This document shows, piece after piece, positions 28,637 to 37,775 of a stretch of DNA of 64,000 bases (positions are counted from its first letter, which is position 1; each line of letters begins with the position of its first letter). The notes beneath the pieces are model-generated. The model ran no database searches. It saw only the letters and a list, made by a program, of their open reading frames with translations, and had not been told where the DNA came from. The DNA comes from a virus (Duplodnaviria; Caudoviricetes), in IMG/VR virus record IMGVR_UViG_3300005201_000042, positions 1 through 64,000 of that record; one strand, given 5' to 3'. The translations under genes and the position numbers were made by a program.

Positions 28637-28999
28637 AGAAGAATTTTTAACTGCTTATCGTACCTTAGTTAAAAGAGCATTTAATTTTTCGGAGATTGGT
28701 CGGTGTGAGGGTCTATTGGCTTTAGAGTCCCTTGTTGACAAAGATAAGGTTGATAAAAGGGATATTTTGAATATGGTGTTCAGCTTGTAATTGATGGTAC
28801 GGAGCCTGCTTTTTTGGATAAGATTTTGTCTAATTTAATATCCTTAGAAGAAAATGCCTATTTAACACATTTTAAAACTATTCAAAAAGAGGCTGTGTTG
28901 ACTCTTCAGAGTAATGCAAATACTCGCCTTCTGATGCTTTTACTAAACTCCTATTCTGATCTTCCATTAAGTGACCCTATCTTCGGTTTGCAAGAATAG
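28629..28999 (+). pseudogene. MotA cytoplasmic-domain-like gene with 1-bp deletion
   Basis: MNKEEFLTAY...GRCEGLLALE; GATATTTTGAA lacks one T relative to paralog RDVFEYG; homology resumes in the other frame (EYGVQLVIDGTEP). Confidence 0.75.
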
Positions 29000-29038
29000 T
29001 ATTCCTCCCTTGTCTCTTCTCTGCTGGTATGATACCTT
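29000..29038 (+). promoter_or_regulatory. early promoter family variant
   Basis: TATTCCTCCC-TTGTCT-N17-TACCTT; same position as the 47836 copy relative to the MotA-like gene. Confidence 0.55.
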
Positions 29039-29056
29039 GATGGTAAGAGGTATTGT

Positions 29057-29932
29057 ATGAATAAACAAGTATTTATAGGTTCTGTAGACAAGTACGAGGA
29101 GGTCTCTTTCCTCACCGAGGCTGCAATGCAGGAGCAACTTCGAAGTAATAAAGATATTTTAAGCATGGGTCAGGATGGTGTTCGTGTCATTGGTTTTGAG
29201 GTTCCATGGAGAAAATCAGACAAAAAGAACGGTAGGATTGATCTTTTAATAGATTACGAGCTTTTTGTGGCTGTTGTGGAGCTTAAAAATGATAAGTTAA
29301 CCCTTGATCATTTAGCCCAGTTAATGTCTTATTTAGATGGTTCTTCTGTTAAGGAGAGTGTCCCTCTCTATTATGATGCAGAACTTTCACAGAGAAAAGG
29401 GTTAGAATCAGAGACCCGAGGTATTTTAGTTGGTTTCTCATGGGATTTCGACCTTCTGGCTCAGATTAGAGGGGATTCTAAGTTAAAATCGAGGGTTGCT
29501 CTTGTTTCATACAACCGTTTTAAAGATTCTAATGACCAGTATTTTCATGTGGTGGACTTGGTTCATCCCTTTGATTTTACAAAAAGAGATTATTCTAAGT
29601 ATACTCTTGAGGGTGACTCTACTCCATATGTTAAGAATTGGGTTGTCTATGCCTGTGTTAAGAGGTTTTTAGCGGATAACAATTCTGTTTCTTTCAAGAA
29701 CTTAAAGGATAAAATTAAAGATGAAGAGGATACTTACACAAAACGGGTTCCTATTCTTCTTGAGGCTGGTAACTTAGATGATCACAAATATAAAGACCGC
29801 TACCTTATAAATAAACCTCTTAAATGTGGGGAGGTGACTTTTGTTGTTCAAGGTTATTGGACAATTGGGGATGAGGAGCTTTATAAGAATATTGCTATTA
29901 ATTTAGGTTACCCATTAACTAAGCTTAACTAG
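29057..29932 (+). CDS. PD-(D/E)XK endonuclease, NucS/EndoMS-like N-terminus
   Basis: GRIDLLI...VVELK...QLMSY. Confidence 0.7.
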   Translation: MNKQVFIGSVDKYEEVSFLTEAAMQEQLRSNKDILSMGQDGVRVIGFEVPWRKSDKKNGRIDLLIDYELFVAVVELKNDKLTLDHLAQLMSYLDGSSVKESVPLYYDAELSQRKGLESETRGILVGFSWDFDLLAQIRGDSKLKSRVALVSYNRFKDSNDQYFHVVDLVHPFDFTKRDYSKYTLEGDSTPYVKNWVVYACVKRFLADNNSVSFKNLKDKIKDEEDTYTKRVPILLEAGNLDDHKYKDRYLINKPLKCGEVTFVVQGYWTIGDEELYKNIAINLGYPLTKLN

Positions 29933-29992
29933 TTTCTCTCCTTTCGTATAAGGTGTCTAAGCACTAAACTATTCTTCTCTTTCCTTTGTTGC

Positions 29993-30000
29993 TTTATATA
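29993..30000 (+). promoter_or_regulatory. late promoter motif TTTATATA
   Basis: intergenic, upstream of 30042. Confidence 0.55.
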
Positions 30001-30041
30001 ACAAGTGCAAGCGGTAATGTTTATGTTGTTGGGGGTATATA

Positions 30042-31865
30042 ATGAGTGTTGTTCATTCTTCAGTTAAGAGACCTATTAAGTCTCTTGTCCAGCCTTCTGC
30101 TCGACATGGTTCTAATTCTCGTTCAGATAAAGAAATGTGGGACTCTTATTGGAACCATGAGCCTTTTCTTTCTGACGCAGGTAAGTTTAACTTACCTGCC
30201 TATATAGACAATTTCAGAAGGGGTCTTGCAGATGAGGAATCTCTTAGGGCTTTTCTTTTGTCTCAGGGTTATGAGGAGTCTGTGGTGGAGTTTGTCTTAA
30301 ATAAAGAGGTGGAGAGAAAAAAACAAATAGACGAATACAACTCCACCACAGGTAATAGTATGTCTTATTCTTCACTTAAGAGACCTGTTAAGTCTTCTTC
30401 CTCTAACCTTAAATCCCTAGTAAAATCAGCAAAAGAGTTTCAGTTCAAATTATTTGACACAGGGGCTTTCCAACTTGACTTATCGCAAGACAACAACGGC
30501 TCTCCTTTATGCTCAAGCATAAAAGGTTCAATTGACGCAGGTGCGGTTCTCTCAATTGCCAGCAGGGATGGTTACACGTTCCACGACCTCTCTCAAGGGG
30601 TTAATTTGTCTGGTTCTCCTATCCTTGATGAATACAAGTCCTTACTAACGTCCACAGCTTCTCTTACGCCTGTGGAATACAAACCTATCAAACGCCAACT
30701 TGAAACTTGGGTACTTTCTGGCAAAGAGTTAGACAAAGAGCTTGCTTCGTGGGGTTTAAACAACCCAGGGCAGGTTTTCCAGTCGATGAAGGTGTTAGGG
30801 ATTGATCTTTCGGGTAAGGATACTGTGCCTGTTCGGTCTTCTGTTCAACAAGGACAACGCTTGGGTTTTAAGAAGCCCGTTGCTTCAACAGGCAATGGGC
30901 AGTTAGTCAAATCCAGTAACGACATTTATACAAGATACTTAAGTCTTCTTAATGAGGGGATCTCTGACAGACATGCAAGAAATCAATTAGTGGAAGAGTT
31001 TGGTCAATCTGCTGAGGGTGATTCTTATGCCTCTTTTATTGACGAAGTAGAGGCTCAAGATGGGGGTCAATTTTTAGGTTCAAGTGCTGCGCCTGACTCT
31101 GACGTAGGCATAGCTTTGCAGTATGTTTTTGATAATGACATTCCTCACGATTTTGAACGGGTTTATGAGGCTCTGGTTATGTCTGGCTTATGGGAAGGTG
31201 AGGATGAGGATTCTGTATTTGACCTTGCCTTCTTGGTTTGTAACGAGTTAGGTGTTCCTCTTGCATCCTCTGTTAAGAGGTCTATTAAGTCTTCTGCTGG
31301 GGGCTTTGGTACAGATGATTATTACAAACTTAAAACTGTTTATATGCATAATCTTCTTCGCCAGGGTTATTCTGAAGAAGACGCGGATAGGATGGCTGAT
31401 GAATATGTAGTAAACTTCCGAGGTGATTTAGAAACAGAAGGTGAGGGTGCAATTCAGAGAAACTGGAACAAGTCTAACCCCACGTCTCCCATGCAGTTTG
31501 ATGTAAACTCTTCTAACAAACGCATCCCCATTCAGCAAGACTTTAAGGGCATGTTGGAGATGATAAAAAACTGGCTTAAGAGGGTGCATGAGGGTCTAAT
31601 GGAGCAAAGCGTTTTTTACTCCAACCTTATGCGACTTTTGAGAGGTAATGGTTACCCTGGGAGCAAGGCGAATACTATTTATGAGGAGTTAATGGCTGGT
31701 AAACCTGTAGAGGCTGTTATGGCCAGTCTTCGGCGTGTGGGGAGTTCTGCTTCTGTGGGAGATTATTGGGGAGATGAGGAGAGGCATCGCAGATTTTCTT
31801 CTGTTTCAAGGTCTAAGGCTGTAGATAAGCAACCCACGGGTTTTCAGAAGCCCACTGCTCGGTAG
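30042..31865 (+). CDS. modular putative internal head polyprotein
   Basis: more than 10 sites such as VHSS, RPIKS, RPVKSS, LVKSA, PVRSS, LVKSS, PLASS, IKSS. Confidence 0.65.
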   Translation: MSVVHSSVKRPIKSLVQPSARHGSNSRSDKEMWDSYWNHEPFLSDAGKFNLPAYIDNFRRGLADEESLRAFLLSQGYEESVVEFVLNKEVERKKQIDEYNSTTGNSMSYSSLKRPVKSSSSNLKSLVKSAKEFQFKLFDTGAFQLDLSQDNNGSPLCSSIKGSIDAGAVLSIASRDGYTFHDLSQGVNLSGSPILDEYKSLLTSTASLTPVEYKPIKRQLETWVLSGKELDKELASWGLNNPGQVFQSMKVLGIDLSGKDTVPVRSSVQQGQRLGFKKPVASTGNGQLVKSSNDIYTRYLSLLNEGISDRHARNQLVEEFGQSAEGDSYASFIDEVEAQDGGQFLGSSAAPDSDVGIALQYVFDNDIPHDFERVYEALVMSGLWEGEDEDSVFDLAFLVCNELGVPLASSVKRSIKSSAGGFGTDDYYKLKTVYMHNLLRQGYSEEDADRMADEYVVNFRGDLETEGEGAIQRNWNKSNPTSPMQFDVNSSNKRIPIQQDFKGMLEMIKNWLKRVHEGLMEQSVFYSNLMRLLRGNGYPGSKANTIYEELMAGKPVEAVMASLRRVGSSASVGDYWGDEERHRRFSSVSRSKAVDKQPTGFQKPTAR

Positions 31866-31893
31866 GTGGTGGGCGTTCTAAAGACCGTCAAAG

Positions 31894-31932
31894 TTATACA
31901 TCCTTGTTATCTCAAGATTCCAGTCGTATACT
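31894..31932 (+). promoter_or_regulatory. early promoter family copy
   Basis: TTATACATCC-TTGTTA-N17-TATACT. Confidence 0.75.
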
Positions 31933-31939
31933 ATTTGAC

Positions 31940-32467
31940 ATGAGCAGGAAAACCGATAAAACTAAACAGAGTCTCTCTCTAATGACTAAGGAAGAACAGG
32001 AAAGTTTCTGGCTTTCACAAGTAAAAAGAAAGAATGCTATCTGGTCAATGTCTATGGTGGGGGATTTAACGGAACTTCCTGAGGGAGTGCCTTCGCCTGT
32101 TTATGAGGGTGGTCAACAAATTGGGGTTGTGGATATTCCTTCTGAGCTTTATAAGCTTGTAGACATAAGTAGAAGTGTAATTGTGTTTGCTTCTAATATA
32201 ACTAGCGATGGGGCTTCTAGTGCTTTCACGATTAATGCTCTGGGTGCTTGGGATGTTCCAGAGGTGGATTTTAATTGGGGCTTAACACAAGGGGTCAGAG
32301 ATTTGGCTTTTAGGTGTAAGCGTTTATATCCTTGTAATGTTCCAAAGGGCTTTAATATAGATAGTCTTATTGAGTTGTTAACTAACGGGAACGTAAGATC
32401 TTTTATTCTGGATTATGGTAAGTTACAAGATAATGTAAAAGAGATAATAAGGCAAAGGGGTCTTTAA
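31940..32467 (+). CDS. hypothetical protein (probably leaderless)
   Basis: ATG 7 nt after TATACT, no SD. Confidence 0.55.
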   Translation: MSRKTDKTKQSLSLMTKEEQESFWLSQVKRKNAIWSMSMVGDLTELPEGVPSPVYEGGQQIGVVDIPSELYKLVDISRSVIVFASNITSDGASSAFTINALGAWDVPEVDFNWGLTQGVRDLAFRCKRLYPCNVPKGFNIDSLIELLTNGNVRSFILDYGKLQDNVKEIIRQRGL

Positions 32468-32469
32468 CA

Positions 32470-34404
32470 ATGGCAGTAGAATTTGACGATGTAAAAGAGA
32501 TAGTTCGGGCTGTGGCTCTCCGCTTGGATAGTCCTTCATCCAAATATAGTTTTATCTTTTCAGAGTCAGATGATGCAGTTGAGGTTAGTATCGAGGTTTC
32601 TGGTTCTCTTGACCCAATATTTGTTTTTGTGGTTGATGCAGAGCGGTTCAGGGTTCTCAAAGCTTTAGACCTTGATCAAGACAGCTACGTTTCTTTCGCT
32701 TATCACAGTCATGTAGAGCTTCTATCTTATATAATTCAATACTTCTACCCTGTTTATTTTAAGCTTTCTAATTACGGTACTCTTAATTCTATGTTATCAA
32801 GGGTTTTGGGTAAGCGAATTAGGATATGGAAAGATTTACTCAGGGTTATCTGTGAGGCTGGTCAGGTTGAGTTTTACGATCGAGGTAAGGTCTTTAAAGT
32901 GTTAGAAACTAATTTTGCCTATAATTTAGAAAATCAAACTCTCACGGTTTCTGGAGAGTTGAATGATGTTTATAAATGTCGAACCACTATGGAACTTATT
33001 ACAACCTTGTTTACGGTTTTGGCTTACATTTTCCAGTTAAATGAGTTAGAGATAAACCCTCTTTTCGGTGTTCAACTTGTTGAAGAAGGGGATGATTCTT
33101 TATTTGACGCTGAGATGGCTATGGGTGAAGACATTGATTCTATGGGTATGGGTGGGGGCGATATCGGTGGGGACATGGGAGAAGGGGAAGATTTAAGTAA
33201 CGAGTTTGTCCCTGCTGGAGATTCTGTGGAGAATACTGCGCCAGATATGAGTGAAGGTAAGAATGAGATTATGGACGAGGTTAATGCTAATTACTCTCCT
33301 TCTAAAGGCAATAAGCCTATTTTGTCTGCTTTTATCACATCAGGGGGAGGTGCATGGTTTTCTCCTCAAGGAAAGTTTTACCTGCTCGATAGTTCTCATG
33401 AACAATTTGTGAATGAGAACGGAAGTCTTTTTAATTGTCCTACTTCGTTAAGTGGAGACGACCTTGTTTCTCATGCTTTAACTAAGGGCTGGGTACGTAT
33501 TCGAGGAGAACAGTCAGATATTAACGTAGAAATTCACTCTGGTTCACGATGTGTTTCAAGGTTGTCTGCTGTGGCTCATTACTTGGTTAGTGAGGCAGGT
33601 CACGATCCATCCAGCTCTATTGCTTTAGATATTTACAGCTCTCCTGAGAATAAGGGAGTTTCTATAAGGTGCACCTTACAAGAGTTAATGGACGAATCTG
33701 CATCTATCCCTTCTTATTTAACTTCTGCAAAGAATTACACAGTGGTTGAAGAAGCTGTCTACAAATCAGGGGGAGTTAAAGAACCAGTCTTTTCTGACTA
33801 CGATGATAATATAGTTTTAGAGGCTTCTACTTCAGTCACTCCTGTACATAATGTTAGTGCTGCCCTCTTGGAAATTTTAGGTTTATGTGTGGAATACGCT
33901 AGAGAAGTTTCAGTGGCTTTTTCAAGGCTTGCAGCTGGTCGGTTTTTGATGAGTGCAAAAGGTGGTAGTGGTGTTGAGGAAGATGTGTCTGATTTTCTTG
34001 CCTATCTTAGTAAAACAGAGTCTTATATAAGTCAGATTAACAGCAGATTAAGAGACGCAAAAAGACTTCAAGATGCAGGTTTACGAGGGAGTATTCAAGT
34101 AAAAGAGACTAATAGGTTTATTGATTCTCTTAACGACCGTAATTTGTCTATAGGTGCAGACTTCTTTGATTTATTAGAGCGGACAAAGGAAGCAGAGGAG
34201 GATTTGAAGGTTCTCCTGTCTGCTGTTGAGAAGGCTAAGTCCTCAATAGGAAATATGAGAAAATTGTTTTCTGAAACGGACGAGTTAATAACATATTTGG
34301 AAGTTCATAGTCCAAATATAAAAGGGAAGGTGAATCATATAATACTTCCTTCCACAGAAGATCCTGACAAGCAAATAGTTTCTGAGGCTGTGTTTACAGA
34401 GTAA
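32470..34404 (+). CDS. modular protein with acidic linker, WISP domain and coiled-coil tail
   Basis: PILSAFITSG before WFSPQG...GWVRIR; YLTSA after. Confidence 0.6.
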   Translation: MAVEFDDVKEIVRAVALRLDSPSSKYSFIFSESDDAVEVSIEVSGSLDPIFVFVVDAERFRVLKALDLDQDSYVSFAYHSHVELLSYIIQYFYPVYFKLSNYGTLNSMLSRVLGKRIRIWKDLLRVICEAGQVEFYDRGKVFKVLETNFAYNLENQTLTVSGELNDVYKCRTTMELITTLFTVLAYIFQLNELEINPLFGVQLVEEGDDSLFDAEMAMGEDIDSMGMGGGDIGGDMGEGEDLSNEFVPAGDSVENTAPDMSEGKNEIMDEVNANYSPSKGNKPILSAFITSGGGAWFSPQGKFYLLDSSHEQFVNENGSLFNCPTSLSGDDLVSHALTKGWVRIRGEQSDINVEIHSGSRCVSRLSAVAHYLVSEAGHDPSSSIALDIYSSPENKGVSIRCTLQELMDESASIPSYLTSAKNYTVVEEAVYKSGGVKEPVFSDYDDNIVLEASTSVTPVHNVSAALLEILGLCVEYAREVSVAFSRLAAGRFLMSAKGGSGVEEDVSDFLAYLSKTESYISQINSRLRDAKRLQDAGLRGSIQVKETNRFIDSLNDRNLSIGADFFDLLERTKEAEEDLKVLLSAVEKAKSSIGNMRKLFSETDELITYLEVHSPNIKGKVNHIILPSTEDPDKQIVSEAVFTE

Positions 34405-34466
34405 CTTTCGTATAAGTTGGTTGAGGTTTGTATAAACAAGGGTAGCCCTATCTTTAAGGAGGCGTT

Positions 34467-34637
34467 ATGATAATCAATTATACAGAAGTGCATCACTTTG
34501 TTGGGGATCGCATTTCTTATGTGGACGGTTGTGCAGTTATAACCAACGGTGGTAAGTTTGTGAATCGTGTTCCTATTGAATCAATAGTGTCTATAGAAGA
34601 GGATGACGATGTTGAGGAGGTCTCTCATGAATCTTAA
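34467..34637 (+). CDS. hypothetical protein (56 aa, not in ORF track)
   Basis: RBS AAGGAGG. Confidence 0.5.
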   Translation: MIINYTEVHHFVGDRISYVDGCAVITNGGKFVNRVPIESIVSIEEDDDVEEVSHES

Positions 34638-34818
34638 ACCTGGTGACGTTGTACAGTTAAATGGTTCTAAAGTTAAAATGGTTGTAGAGTGGGTGGATAA
34701 AAATAAAGTTCATTGTGTGTGGTTTGATCTTCAGAACTCCCTTGAAAGAGATTCCTTTAGTCATGAATGTCTCTTTCAAGATTTTCCAATATCGGGTTTA
34801 AGGTATGACATACAATGA
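34627..34818 (+). CDS. YodC/DUF2158-like protein
   Basis: LKPGDVVQLN..KMVV...VHCVWFD. Confidence 0.65.
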   Translation: MNLKPGDVVQLNGSKVKMVVEWVDKNKVHCVWFDLQNSLERDSFSHECLFQDFPISGLRYDIQ

Positions 34819-35080
34819 TTTAGTTTCATTCCTTCGTTCCACCTGCCCTGCTCATATTGAAGTAATGATGGGTGAAGACGATATGCTCTGTGTGGACGAT
34901 CATACCTCTGGTTCTCAAGCCTATATTAAATACTCAGGTGGTTTAGACTTTTCACTTCAAGGTGTACACAATGACGACAAGACAGACACTAAAATATTTT
35001 CATTTAAAAACGAAGCCGAGATGTTAGCAATAATCACCCCAAAAGTTTTAGAGCTGTTGGACGGTGTCCGTAGGGTGTAG
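34805..35080 (+). CDS. hypothetical protein
   Basis: 91-aa ORF. Confidence 0.5.
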   Translation: MTYNDLVSFLRSTCPAHIEVMMGEDDMLCVDDHTSGSQAYIKYSGGLDFSLQGVHNDDKTDTKIFSFKNEAEMLAIITPKVLELLDGVRRV

Positions 35081-35091
35081 CTATTCCATAC

Positions 35092-35099
35092 TTTATATA
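35092..35099 (+). promoter_or_regulatory. late promoter motif TTTATATA
   Basis: upstream of portal RBS. Confidence 0.6.
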
Positions 35100-35118
35100 A
35101 GTAGGAGGAGTTTATGCT

Positions 35119-37158
35119 ATGCCGATGTTCACGTCTTTAAAAAGTAGGCTACCGCAGATAGGTGAGAAATTACAAAAGTTTATTTTAGGTGCAGATGACG
35201 AAGAGTTAATTTCAAGGGTAAAAAACTACACTAATCACGCTAGTTATGGAGCAGACATCTGGGGTGATTCTTCCTCTATGCAGACTCTTGGCTTGCTTCG
35301 TGAAGTCCCTGCAATGCTTCGAGATCCTATTATTCAATCTTGTATCGGTATTATTATGGAGACTTCTTTTCAGATGAATGATAAGAATAAAGTTCTCTGG
35401 CCTGTGTCTTCTTATGATTCAATCAAGAAGGAGTTAGAAAACTTCCATGAAAAAGTAAACATGAGCCAGCACGCAGTTATTCTGGGGTTTAATCTTTTAC
35501 CGTGGGGTAATTTGCCTTACAAGCACCACTTTGATAAAGATGGTAAATTCTCAGACTTTACTCCTATTCCAGACTTCACAAAGGTTGTTCCTGTTGTTGT
35601 TTCTGGTAAGACCTTAGGGTTTATGGTTGGTAATCAGTTTTGTTTCCCTTACGAGTTTTCTTATGCTCAGTTAGAGTTCTATAAAAATCTTGGGGGGATT
35701 TACAAAAGTAACTTTGTACAGTTCTCAGGGAATATGGACGGTAAAGATGTATTCGGAGAGGACTTTCAGAATGAGTTTGTTGTTGCACCTTCTTATTTGT
35801 CCACTGCGGCAAGACCGTGGAAGAATATAAATATAATTGAAGACGCTCTACTTTTAAATCGAATGGATCAATCTAATTACTACAGAATATTCTCAGTTCT
35901 GGTCGGAGGTTCTGTTACTTCTAAGTCAGCTATAAGGACTCTTAACTACTATCGTAACTTGTTTAAGAAGGTTCGCAGGGTGTCTTATAATTCTTCTGGT
36001 ATGGCTTCATCTGGTGTAGGGAATGAGTTTGAGATAATACTTCCTAAAACTGAAAAACAGGGTTTAGAGGTTACTGACGTGGGAGGAACCGTGGATATTA
36101 AGGCTCTTAAAGACCTTGATGTTCAGTACAACAAGCTTTTTGCGGCTCTTAAGGTTCAACCCTCTCAGATTGGTTTTGGAGAGGAGCAGACAAACGCTAT
36201 CGGGGATACTAATGGACAGTCTTACGACCGGCGTTTAGCAAGAACCTGTAAGATGCTGGTTTACTCCGTTCAAAAGACAATCAAGAATTTTGATTATCTA
36301 TACCTTCGCTCTCGAGGTTATGATGTTTCTTTAGATGACTGGTCTTATGGTTCTGTTTCTCTTTCTGTGTTGGAGGATCAAGATAGGGGTACAACTCTAA
36401 AAACTGCAATTGAAAATTTAAAGAGTTTTGCTGAGGTTCTCACTTCTTTACAACTTCAAGAATACAATAAGTCTTATCTGGTTGAATCTGTCTTAGGTTC
36501 TGCTCTGTCTTCTGTTGGAGTGGATGTGAAAGAGCTATTAAAAGTTCCAGAGGGTCAGGAAGCACCTATGGAAGCAGAAGGTGGAGCTGAGGGTGCACCT
36601 CCCCTGTTAGCATCTAGGCAACCCAACCAAATAAATTATAAGAACGCCTATCTAACAAGTATGTTTGATACTATGGAGACAGTTAAGCTAGCTTCTCCAG
36701 AGATTATACAGTCCATGCGAGCTTCTATGTTGGGAAAGGCAGATTCAAATGTTAAAATGATTTCATCTTCAAAAGGTTCTAATATTTTGCCAGCTGCTAT
36801 TTTGGATGATACTACTGCTTATACCTATCCTGAAGAAGCCCAGGTTGATTTAACTGGTCAAGTTGGTTTTATTCAAGGTGAGACTTCACAGATTGTTAGT
36901 GACTTGAATAAAGCTAAATCAAAGAAGTGTGAGGATATGGCTACACTTGATTTTAATACGTCTATTTTAGTTCCAAGTGATTTAAAGATGACTCTTGGAG
37001 ATTACAACACTGCTGGTATCCGTGCTTTGGGTACAGGTTACATTAACTCAAGGGGTGAGGTAATTCTCACGAACAAGGCTGATGTGGCTACTTTCTTATC
37101 GATGAAGCGGTCTGGTTTACTGTCTTGTTTGGTTTCGCGGCTTTATCAGGTTCCGTAG
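35119..37158 (+). CDS. portal protein (T4 gp20-like)
   Basis: IEDALLLNRMDQSNYYRIFSVLVG matches the gp20 EDALVIYR..RRxF pattern; size and position fit. Confidence 0.8.
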   Translation: MPMFTSLKSRLPQIGEKLQKFILGADDEELISRVKNYTNHASYGADIWGDSSSMQTLGLLREVPAMLRDPIIQSCIGIIMETSFQMNDKNKVLWPVSSYDSIKKELENFHEKVNMSQHAVILGFNLLPWGNLPYKHHFDKDGKFSDFTPIPDFTKVVPVVVSGKTLGFMVGNQFCFPYEFSYAQLEFYKNLGGIYKSNFVQFSGNMDGKDVFGEDFQNEFVVAPSYLSTAARPWKNINIIEDALLLNRMDQSNYYRIFSVLVGGSVTSKSAIRTLNYYRNLFKKVRRVSYNSSGMASSGVGNEFEIILPKTEKQGLEVTDVGGTVDIKALKDLDVQYNKLFAALKVQPSQIGFGEEQTNAIGDTNGQSYDRRLARTCKMLVYSVQKTIKNFDYLYLRSRGYDVSLDDWSYGSVSLSVLEDQDRGTTLKTAIENLKSFAEVLTSLQLQEYNKSYLVESVLGSALSSVGVDVKELLKVPEGQEAPMEAEGGAEGAPPLLASRQPNQINYKNAYLTSMFDTMETVKLASPEIIQSMRASMLGKADSNVKMISSSKGSNILPAAILDDTTAYTYPEEAQVDLTGQVGFIQGETSQIVSDLNKAKSKKCEDMATLDFNTSILVPSDLKMTLGDYNTAGIRALGTGYINSRGEVILTNKADVATFLSMKRSGLLSCLVSRLYQVP

Positions 37159-37167
37159 TGGTGTTTT

Positions 37168-37368
37168 ATGGTAATTAGTCTAACTGAAGACGAGTATAAA
37201 GCCTTAAGAGATGGAATGCTAAATACTCCCTATGAGTCAAACGGCATTAGAACTCTATTTACTGGTCTGTCAAATAATACCCGCTCTGTTATCTCAGTCA
37301 ATGCAGAGACAGGTCTGTGCAAGTTCTACTTTGGTGACTATGACATGGATTTACCAAGAGGATGGTGA
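37168..37368 (+). CDS. hypothetical protein
   Basis: 66-aa ORF. Confidence 0.5.
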   Translation: MVISLTEDEYKALRDGMLNTPYESNGIRTLFTGLSNNTRSVISVNAETGLCKFYFGDYDMDLPRGW

Positions 37369-37554
37369 GTGTATATGGCTTGTTACGAATGTGGTTTCCT
37401 TTGGAAGTTGTCATGTAGGTTTTCCAATTACGTCAGGTGTGTGGATTATCCTTTTGTTAAGTGGGATAACTGTTCTGATTGTGTGGTTATTTCTTGGTGT
37501 CCTTATAAATTAAACAGCAAGGAGTGCAGGTTACACAGGAGATGTGGAAAATAA
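37369..37554 (+). CDS. Cys-rich small protein
   Basis: 9 Cys in 61 aa. Confidence 0.45.
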   Translation: MYMACYECGFLWKLSCRFSNYVRCVDYPFVKWDNCSDCVVISWCPYKLNSKECRLHRRCGK

Positions 37555-37727
37555 AAGACACTGAACTTATATGGGAAGATTCTCCCTTCGATCCCTCAGA
37601 ATTTATGTGGCTGAATAGTGGTTTTGATATCTCAACTAATATCATACACAGTGTTGAACGTATAAATAACCCAATACGTAAGAAACCACTTTTACTTAAT
37701 GATCTTATAGAGATATTGTCTATTTAA
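37542..37727 (+). CDS. hypothetical protein
   Basis: RBS AGGAG. Confidence 0.45.
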   Translation: MWKIKDTELIWEDSPFDPSEFMWLNSGFDISTNIIHSVERINNPIRKKPLLLNDLIEILSI

Positions 37728-37748
37728 GTTGTCCTCTTTTGCACTCAC

Positions 37749-37756
37749 TTTATATA
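37749..37756 (+). promoter_or_regulatory. late promoter motif TTTATATA
   Basis: upstream of protease; overlaps the CTCACTT/AAGTGAG inverted repeat. Confidence 0.6.
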
Positions 37757-37775
37757 CAAGTGAGCGAGGTGACCG

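Noticed and set aside
34405-34450. Minus-strand promoter CTACCC-TTGTTT
   Set aside because: No -10 at 16-18 nt spacing and no downstream minus-strand gene
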